A stretch of 20,540 bases of DNA, taken from NCBI GenBank assembly GCA_964480775.1, contig CAYZRF010000028.1, positions 1 to 20,540 on the forward strand. Reading direction: 5' to 3'. Each line of letters starts with the position of its first letter. Position 1 is the stretch's first letter. Of this stretch, positions 1 through 6,612 are shown one piece after another. A program made the position numbers and the translations under genes. The notes beneath the pieces are model-generated. The model worked only from the letters and a program-made list of their open reading frames with translations, did no database searches and was not told the DNA's origin. Source of the stretch: an uncultured Nitrososphaerota archaeon (GTDB lineage Archaea; Korarchaeota; Korarchaeia; Korarchaeales; Korarchaeaceae).

Positions 1-639
1 GGTTTAGATCATGCAATGCTCCTTCACAAGGAGAGAGGGATTCCTTTAAAGGGAGTAATTGCTCCTGGACACGTCTCTTCAATCATCGGAGCCAAAGCTT
101 GGAGTTATTTGGCTGATCATTATGGTCTTCCTGTAGTTGTAGCGGGCTTTGAGCCGTTAGATTACGTTCTTGCAGTTCTAGAAATATTGAGGCAGATAAA
201 GGAAGGAGATGCAAGGTTAGTGAACGAGTACAGAAGGGTAGTAACATGGGAGGGAAATGTTAAGGCTTGGAACTACGTTATGAAAGCTTTCTCAGTAGTT
301 GATGCATATTGGAGGGGAATTGGTGTGCTCAAAAACAGCGGTCTTAACCTAAGGAGAGAATTCTCCCCCTTAGACGCTGTGAAGAAGTACTCCCTAAGCC
401 TAAGAGATAAGCAAAATGATCTACCTACAGGTTGTAGGTGTGCTGAGATAACCTTGGGACTCGCTGTCCCAACAGATTGCCCCCATTTTAACAAGAGTTG
501 CACCACATCACATCCCCTAGGTCCCTGTATGGTAAGCAGAGAGGGAACCTGTAATGTTTGGGCTAGACACGGAGGGTATGGGTTGATAAATGAGTTATTA
601 GAGGAGATGAACCTTGAAAAAGGCCGATACAACCGTTAA
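1..639 (+). CDS. hypD: Hydrogenase maturation factor HypD, C-terminal part (5' end lies outside the window)
   Basis: The frame is open from base 1 (GLDHA precedes the first Met at 16). It carries the PGHVSSIIG (PxHVSxxxG) motif and GFEPLD (GFETT-type). The C-terminal Cys-rich Fe-S motif reads CRCAEITLG...DCPHFNKSC...PLGPCMVSREGTC. Stop TAA at 637-639. Confidence 0.9.
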   Translation, partial: GLDHAMLLHKERGIPLKGVIAPGHVSSIIGAKAWSYLADHYGLPVVVAGFEPLDYVLAVLEILRQIKEGDARLVNEYRRVVTWEGNVKAWNYVMKAFSVVDAYWRGIGVLKNSGLNLRREFSPLDAVKKYSLSLRDKQNDLPTGCRCAEITLGLAVPTDCPHFNKSCTTSHPLGPCMVSREGTCNVWARHGGYGLINELLEEMNLEKGRYNR

Positions 640-2953
640 AGCGCTGAACATCTATATTTCCGGAATTGTACAAGGTGTTGGCTTTAGACCGTTCATTCAC
701 AGGATAGCTAGGAAGTCAGGGGTAAGGGGAACTGTAAGGAACATGGGTGGAAGCGAAGTTGAAATTCACGTTGAAGGAACTAATGAGGAAATAAACTCTT
801 TTCTTCAGCTTCTTGAAAAAGAAAAACCTCCTCCAGCAATAATTGAAGAAATAAGGTTAGAAGAGAGCTCATTTATGGGATTAAAGGGGTTCTCGATACT
901 CAAAAGTGGCAAGTCTCGTGTTAGGCCATCAATGATTCCTCCAGATATAGGGATTTGTGATTACTGCTTAGAGGAAATTAAGAACCCAAAGGACAGGAGA
1001 TTCCGCTATGCATTCAACAGCTGTGCCTGGTGTGGTCCCCGGTTCTCATTGATAGAAAAGATTCCATACGATAGAGAAAACACTACAATGAGGGATTTTC
1101 CACTCTGCGATTATTGTAAATCCGAATATTACGACGAGGACGATCTCAGAAGATTTGATGCTCAGGGGATATGTTGTCCTTTATGTGGACCCAAATTATG
1201 GTTAGTTAATGCGTCTGGAGAGACACTCGATTCCCAAGATCCCATAACAGAAGCAGCTAAACTTCTATCAGAGGGTAAAATTCTAGCTATAAAGGGGATA
1301 GGGGGTTTTCATATAGCCTCCTTAGCCACTGATGATTCTGTTGTACTTGAACTTAGAAAAAGGAAGAAAAGGCCACAGAAGCCGTTCGCTCTAATGGCGT
1401 TGGATATTAAAACGGTCAAGAAAATAGTTTATTTGAGCGAAGAGGCTGAGAGTTTACTAAAAAGCCCCCAAAAGCCGATTCTTCTCCTTGATGAGAGGGA
1501 GGGTAGCCCTGTCTCAAGGCACGTCGCGCCCGGACTAGACAAGCAAGGTGTGATGCTCCCATATACTGGCTTGCATTACCTACTTCTTGAAGAAGTTGAA
1601 GACGGTTTCCTAATAATGACAAGTGGGAATCCTCCAGGGAAACCCATGTGCCTAGATGAGTCGTGCGCCTTAACAGAGCTGAAGGACATAGTAGATTACT
1701 ATCTCATGCATAACAGGAGGATCATCAATAGGGTAGATGACAGCGTCTTAAGATTTACAGATGGGAACTTGATGTTTCTAAGGAGGTCTCGAGGGTATGC
1801 TCCTTCATGGATAAAGCTGCCCTTCAGCTTAAGACGTCCTGTTGTTGCTTTTGGAGCGGAACTTCAAAATGCAGGGGCTGTGGCCTTCGAAGACAAGGTG
1901 ATTCTAACCCAGTACATAGGAGATACTGATGAATTTGAGGATTTACAGGAACTAGAGAAAAGTCTGACCTTCTTCCTGAAGACCTATGGTGTTGACGTTA
2001 GGGAGTCCATCTTAGTGGCCGATATGCATCCCTCTTACTCTAGCGTCAGGCTAGCTGAGGCCTGGTCCGAGGAGCTAGGAGTTTCTCTAATCAAGGTTCA
2101 GCACCATCATGCTCACGCCGCTTCAGTTATGGCTGATTGGGGGATCAGGATGGAAGAGAAGGCGGTTTCTATTCTAATGGATGGAGTTGGCTACGGTCTT
2201 GATGGATCCATATGGGGAGGAGAGGTTTTCTTAGCCAATTACAGCGGGTTTGAGAGGGTTGGCAGGCTCAAATATATACCAATGCCTGGGGGAGATTTAG
2301 CAACTAAGTTTCCCGTTAGGATGTTAATAGGAGCTCTTTCGGTCTTCTCTAAGCAGGAAGAATTAGAGAAGGTAATTGTTGAGAGGGGGCTTGTTCAAGG
2401 GTTAAAGAGGGGAATGTCTGAGTTGGAAATAGCGATTAAACAGGCAATAGAAGGGAGAACCATCAAAACGTGCAGTGTAGGGAGATTTCTGGATGCCATC
2501 TCAGCTCTCCTTGGAATATGCTTAGAGAGGACGTATGAGGGAGAACCTGCAATCAAGCTAGAAGCTTCTGCCAAAGGAGGTAAAATAAGGGATGTTGAGA
2601 GTATCTTAACCAAGGAGGGCGATCTCTTAGTCGTTGATACTACCAAATTGCTACTATGGACCCTAGAGCACTTAGACTTGCCACTTAGCGACCTCTCTGC
2701 AACTGTACTTTATGCTTTAGGAAAAGCACTGGGTGAAATTGCGGTAAGATATAGTTCAAGGGCAACTTTAAACGAAGTATTTGTTAGTGGGGGGGCTGCT
2801 GTTAACAATTACATCTTTAGAGGTCTAAAAGACGTCTTGGCAGAAGAAGACTTAGTGGCTAGGCTCCCGAAAAGGATTCCAGCAGGGGACGGAGGAATCG
2901 CCTTAGGTCAAGCAGCGATTGCAACGGCTAACGACGTCAACTTTGAGGGGTAA
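614..2953 (+). CDS. hypF: Carbamoyltransferase HypF (full four-domain architecture)
   Basis: 779 aa. It has an N-terminal acylphosphatase-like domain (YISGIVQGVGFRPFIHRIA). Two Zn-finger pairs follow (CDYC...CAWCGPRFS and CDYC...CPLCGPK), then a YrdC-like segment (ILAIKGIGGFHIA, RKKRPQKPFALM) and a Kae1/HypF C-terminal domain (VQHHHAH, GGDLA). The start is TTG at 614, with GAGGAG at 601-606. It overlaps hypD by 26 nt. Confidence 0.95.
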   Translation: MKKADTTVKALNIYISGIVQGVGFRPFIHRIARKSGVRGTVRNMGGSEVEIHVEGTNEEINSFLQLLEKEKPPPAIIEEIRLEESSFMGLKGFSILKSGKSRVRPSMIPPDIGICDYCLEEIKNPKDRRFRYAFNSCAWCGPRFSLIEKIPYDRENTTMRDFPLCDYCKSEYYDEDDLRRFDAQGICCPLCGPKLWLVNASGETLDSQDPITEAAKLLSEGKILAIKGIGGFHIASLATDDSVVLELRKRKKRPQKPFALMALDIKTVKKIVYLSEEAESLLKSPQKPILLLDEREGSPVSRHVAPGLDKQGVMLPYTGLHYLLLEEVEDGFLIMTSGNPPGKPMCLDESCALTELKDIVDYYLMHNRRIINRVDDSVLRFTDGNLMFLRRSRGYAPSWIKLPFSLRRPVVAFGAELQNAGAVAFEDKVILTQYIGDTDEFEDLQELEKSLTFFLKTYGVDVRESILVADMHPSYSSVRLAEAWSEELGVSLIKVQHHHAHAASVMADWGIRMEEKAVSILMDGVGYGLDGSIWGGEVFLANYSGFERVGRLKYIPMPGGDLATKFPVRMLIGALSVFSKQEELEKVIVERGLVQGLKRGMSELEIAIKQAIEGRTIKTCSVGRFLDAISALLGICLERTYEGEPAIKLEASAKGGKIRDVESILTKEGDLLVVDTTKLLLWTLEHLDLPLSDLSATVLYALGKALGEIAVRYSSRATLNEVFVSGGAAVNNYIFRGLKDVLAEEDLVARLPKRIPAGDGGIALGQAAIATANDVNFEG

Positions 2954-3068
2954 TGCCAGAGCATACAGATTGGTTAAATATCATTACTCTTTAAATGGAA
3001 TCTAAAATAGGCCCCATGAACTGAACCTTGAGAAACTCCAAAGAATCTTAGAAGGTTGAGAAAGTAAA

Positions 3069-4226
3069 ATGTACGATATACTTATAGTTGGATGCGGACC
3101 AGCTGGAGCTTCTCTGGCTTCGCTTGTTGCTAAAGAAGGATTTAAAGTGCTTGTTATTGAGAGAAAAAGGGAAATCGAAGAACCTACAATTTGCGGTGAG
3201 TTCCTTCCGGATTTCTCACTAATTAGAAAGGCATTCCCTGATGAATTCCGCTCAGCTACTGAGTTTATGAGAAGAAGCTTTTACAGCGATGAATTCACTC
3301 TTAACGAGACGGATTGGGTGGTAATTGATTTAAGTGGCAAGGAAAAAACATTGAATCTCAAAGGAAAGATTATATCTAGAAAAAAGGCTGTTTCTCAATT
3401 AATTGAAACGGCCAAGAATCATGGAGCTGAGATATATCTATCAACTAGCTATGTTGGAAGCAAAATTTCCAATGGTAGGGTCATTTCCTCATTAAAAGGA
3501 AAGATAAAGTCTTTAGAGGAGTCTCGCATCGTTGTAGGCGCTGACGGATTTCCATCTAGGGTTGCTAGATCCATGGATCTCAAGAACACAGTAAAAAATG
3601 AGGATTTAGCTCACGTCACCGTTCAGTTGGCAGAAGGGAGCTATTCAGAGAGGTCTATCTACATGGGTTTCTATATGGATTTTTCGCCAGGAGGGTATGC
3701 TTGGGTGATACCAAAGGGGAATGGTATCTTTAGCGTAGGAGTTGGAGCAAGAGATAGTTATAGAGTTAATTTAAGGGATTGTCACGACAAATTCTTGAGA
3801 AAAATGGGCTTAAAGGGCGTAGGGCAAATTTTCGGGAAGGCATTACCTGTTGGTGGAATATTCAAGAACATAGCAAACAGCTTTTCCTTGTTAATAGGTG
3901 ATGCTGCTGGTCTAGTAATGCCAGTAAATGGAGGGGGGATTCCTACCGCGGCGGTCTCTTCTTTTATTGCCGCTATGACATTAAAAAAGTGGTTTGAAGG
4001 CCCTCAAGAAGCCAGCAAATTGTTCAAAAATTCAATGATTAACTGTTTTGAGAGAACTTTCAACGTTGCGCTAAGGGCGAGGAAAATAGTGGATTTACTT
4101 ATGAGACATGAGTTGCTCTCACTTCTATGGATAATTCCTCCAGGAATGTTAAGAGGAGTTATTGCCTTGGATAAATCCTCGTTTGGCTATAAACTCCTTG
4201 ATCTTCCCTCGAAGGTGCTTGTATGA
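3069..4226 (+). CDS. Geranylgeranyl reductase-family FAD-dependent prenyl reductase, paralogue 1
   Basis: 385 aa. It has an N-terminal GxGxxG dinucleotide fold (ILIVGCGPAGAS), the family's conserved Cys context (TICGEFLP), GADGFPSRV, the YxWxxP motif (GGYAWVIPKG) and LIGDAAGLVMPVNGGGI. Confidence 0.85.
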   Translation: MYDILIVGCGPAGASLASLVAKEGFKVLVIERKREIEEPTICGEFLPDFSLIRKAFPDEFRSATEFMRRSFYSDEFTLNETDWVVIDLSGKEKTLNLKGKIISRKKAVSQLIETAKNHGAEIYLSTSYVGSKISNGRVISSLKGKIKSLEESRIVVGADGFPSRVARSMDLKNTVKNEDLAHVTVQLAEGSYSERSIYMGFYMDFSPGGYAWVIPKGNGIFSVGVGARDSYRVNLRDCHDKFLRKMGLKGVGQIFGKALPVGGIFKNIANSFSLLIGDAAGLVMPVNGGGIPTAAVSSFIAAMTLKKWFEGPQEASKLFKNSMINCFERTFNVALRARKIVDLLMRHELLSLLWIIPPGMLRGVIALDKSSFGYKLLDLPSKVLV

Positions 4227-5248
4227 GGATTTTAGTATATGGGGCTGGTCCTGCAGGGCTGAACTGTGCATATTGGGCAGCAAAAGAAGGTCATTTTGTG
4301 AGAGTTTACGAAAAAAAGGGTGAACTTGGTGTTAAACCATGTGGGGAGGCTATTCCTGAGGAAGCTCTCCTTCTTACTCCTCTGAAAGAGGGGGATTTTA
4401 TACGCAACAAAATCAAGAGATGCTCTTTCTATCTTAAATGGAATTTTGTAAGGGAAGTTCAGGGATTTTTAACAGGATACATCATTGACAAGAAAGCATT
4501 CCTAAAGGCACTCATGGAGAGGGCAGAAGCAGAAGGAGCGGAAGTAGTTCTCGGAAAGGCACCAAATCCTAAGGACTATGACTTGCTAGTAGATGCAACT
4601 GGAAATCCGGGAAGCATTGGAAGGTCCTTTTTTGATTATTCTGGCTACAGGTCTGCACCCGCCTTACAATGTTACTGTAATTGTGCTGAAGCCCTGCCCG
4701 GGGACGCGATAAATTTAGTTATATTGCCATATGGGTATGCTTGGATCTTTCCGAAAGGTAATGTGTATAATGTTGGAGTGGGCGGTTTTGCGGGAACTGA
4801 AACTCTAAGGAAAGACTTGGATATTCTCCTCAAGAAGTTCAAATTGAGGGTTATTGCTAGAATAAGAAAAGGGATTTTCTCCACAGGAGGTCCCCTTCCG
4901 AAAATTCAAAGAGGAAACGTTGTTGTGGCTGGTGAAGCTGCTGGAATGGTGATGCCATTCACCGGAGAAGGCATCCGATATGCCCTTTACTCGGGCTCAA
5001 TATGCTATAAGCCGAACTACCAGATACTTTGGGATAGAAAATATGGAAGCAGGTTGAAAAGAGGAAGAAGATGGCTCAATAAAATTCTATCTCTACCGGT
5101 TGACATGAGAATGAGGATAATTAAGGAGGCTCCTGTTAGCCTCCTTCTTTCATTGTTCCAGGGAGCCAAGCCAAAAGCTAATGACTTGCTCTTCTTGGTT
5201 AATTTTTTTGTAAGCTCATCAGTTAAACGTAAAGTATTGCGACGTTGA
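4223..5248 (+). CDS. Geranylgeranyl reductase-family FAD-dependent prenyl reductase, paralogue 2 (shorter, divergent)
   Basis: 341 aa. Motifs are VYGAGPAGLN (GxGxxG), KPCGEAIP, YGYAWIFPKG and VAGEAAGMVMPFTGEGI (Glu replaces the usual Asp of GDAAG). Its ATG at 4223 overlaps the TGA of the upstream paralogue (ATGA). Confidence 0.8.
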   Translation: MRILVYGAGPAGLNCAYWAAKEGHFVRVYEKKGELGVKPCGEAIPEEALLLTPLKEGDFIRNKIKRCSFYLKWNFVREVQGFLTGYIIDKKAFLKALMERAEAEGAEVVLGKAPNPKDYDLLVDATGNPGSIGRSFFDYSGYRSAPALQCYCNCAEALPGDAINLVILPYGYAWIFPKGNVYNVGVGGFAGTETLRKDLDILLKKFKLRVIARIRKGIFSTGGPLPKIQRGNVVVAGEAAGMVMPFTGEGIRYALYSGSICYKPNYQILWDRKYGSRLKRGRRWLNKILSLPVDMRMRIIKEAPVSLLLSLFQGAKPKANDLLFLVNFFVSSSVKRKVLRR

Positions 5249-5259
5249 AAGCTCCCCTG

Positions 5260-5277
5260 CTTTTTCATAAGAAAAAG
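5260..5277. terminator. Short T/A-run hairpin just downstream of the second reductase gene
   Basis: CTTTTTC (5260-5266) pairs perfectly with GAAAAAG (5271-5277) across the loop ATAA, 12 nt after the stop at 5246-5248. Oligo-T tracts are the usual archaeal termination signal. The element reads the same on both strands. Confidence 0.35.
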
Positions 5278-5518
5278 GCATTACCATCAAGATCTCGGAA
5301 CATTTGATGGACCATAAATTGCATGGAGTGAAGTAGAAAGTAAAGTATATGGAAAGAACATCGTTTAAGAAACGAGATTTGGTGTTATACCAGCTGCTGT
5401 TGCAAGAACTGAGCTGAATTAACCCTATAATAATTTATTTTAAGATCCAAATAACAGATGGGTTCGATTTCCTGATAGAGGAAAACTTATGAATTAGATT
5501 ATTGAATATCGGTAAGCC

Positions 5519-6337
5519 ATGATTGAACTGAAACGAGAACTAGACCCATACATAAACAAAGCCGAAACAGCCCTTTCAGAAGTTCTATCGGCATATTCGG
5601 ACTCTATTTTCTATAAGCCACTTGTAGAAGCCCTAAAGGGTGGCAAAAGGATAAGACCTATGATTCTTCTGTTAGTTAATGAGGCAAGCGGTGGTGGCGG
5701 GAATCCAGAACCCGCGGCTGCTGCTATAGAACTAATGCACAATCTTTCCTTAATACATGATGACTTGATAGATAAAGACATTTATCGGCGAGGGAAACCA
5801 GCATTCCAAAGGAGATTTGGAGAAGAGATAGCTGTGTTAATGGCTGATTATGTCATGTCTGTTGCAGTTGATATTTGTTCAAGGTATAAAGATAGAAGGG
5901 TGTTGCTGACGCTCTCTTGGACGGCAATAAAAATGAGCGAAGGGGAAATGGAGGAATTTCTGGTTAGAAAGAAGGGCGGGTCGATAAACATCAATTCATA
6001 TATAGATATACTTTACAAGAAGACAGCAGCAATATTTGAGGCCGCTGCTAGAATGGGTGCAATAATAGCTGGTGCCTCAGAAGAGTTGGTGGAGCAAATA
6101 GGCAGATATGGTAAGTATATAGGGCTTGCTTATCAGGTCAAGGACGATCTGATAGATTGGGGGAAGTCTGGAGAGATCTCATCGCTAGTTAAAGGAAAAG
6201 ATCCAAAAGCCAAGCTGAATGAGTTGGTAAACGAGTTGGTGGGTAAAGCAATTGAGTCTTTAAAACCATTCCCAGAGAGCAAGGCAAAGGAATTACTTCG
6301 AAGAATAGCTCAATATATCGCAAATCGAAAATCTTAG
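5519..6337 (+). CDS. Short-form trans-polyprenyl diphosphate synthase (GGPP-synthase family; product chain length not deducible)
   Basis: 272 aa. It has GGKRIRP, a first Asp-rich motif LIHDDLIDKDIYRRGKP (DDxxD with no insertion), KKTAAIF, and a second Asp-rich motif YQVKDDLIDWGK. Confidence 0.85.
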   Translation: MIELKRELDPYINKAETALSEVLSAYSDSIFYKPLVEALKGGKRIRPMILLLVNEASGGGGNPEPAAAAIELMHNLSLIHDDLIDKDIYRRGKPAFQRRFGEEIAVLMADYVMSVAVDICSRYKDRRVLLTLSWTAIKMSEGEMEEFLVRKKGGSININSYIDILYKKTAAIFEAAARMGAIIAGASEELVEQIGRYGKYIGLAYQVKDDLIDWGKSGEISSLVKGKDPKAKLNELVNELVGKAIESLKPFPESKAKELLRRIAQYIANRKS

Positions 6338-6342
6338 ACGAG

Positions 6343-6348
6343 TTTTTT
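6343..6348 (+). terminator. Oligo-T tract after the prenyl synthase gene
   Basis: A T6 run starts 6 nt after the TAG stop (6335-6337). Further T5 runs follow in the same spacer (agtttttag, cctttttg, actttttag). Confidence 0.35.
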
Positions 6349-6552
6349 ATGCGTTTCAATTGCTTTCAGGAGTTTTTAGAAGGTCTGATATGGAAGCCCT
6401 TTTTGAACGAATTTTACATATGAGGAAAATTAGTAGATATCCTGAAATGATCTTTAAGTTCTTTTAAACGCTCCATTAATACGAAGCTAAATGACACCTA
6501 GATATCCACTTTTTAGCTATTGTTTTAAGGAGTTGAGGAAATAGTAAAGATT

Positions 6553-6569
6553 ATCCTTATCCTAAGGAT
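6553..6569. promoter_or_regulatory. Perfect 7-3-7 palindrome upstream of the radical SAM gene
   Basis: ATCCTTA-tcc-TAAGGAT lies 44-60 nt upstream of the ATG at 6613. Its size and position fit a dimeric transcription-factor operator, but there is no functional evidence. Confidence 0.25.
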
Positions 6570-6612
6570 CAGATGTAGACCCCAGTTAAATGCAATAAAA
6601 GGGACGGTAGAT

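Noticed and set aside
5349-5417. 22-codon ORF (MERTSFKKRDLVLYQLLLQELS) in the 270-bp spacer.
   Set aside because: No Shine-Dalgarno or TATA-like element is correctly placed, and an ORF this short in ~40% GC DNA is expected by chance. It is kept only as a note within the spacer finding.
5460-5472. tRNA T-arm-like string GGGTTCGATTTCC in the spacer upstream of the prenyl synthase.
   Set aside because: The flanking stem would be only 3 bp including a G-U pair. The ~55 nt upstream are A/T-rich (ccctataataatttattttaag) and cannot form acceptor, D or anticodon arms.
6419-6453. Box C/D sRNA-like arrangement (ATGAGGA ... CTGA ... ATGATC).
   Set aside because: Both C-like boxes deviate from RUGAUGA, and no terminal box D (CUGA) follows at the expected distance. 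There is also no terminal stem. A similar near-miss at 18690-18697 (AATGATAA) likewise lacks a D box.
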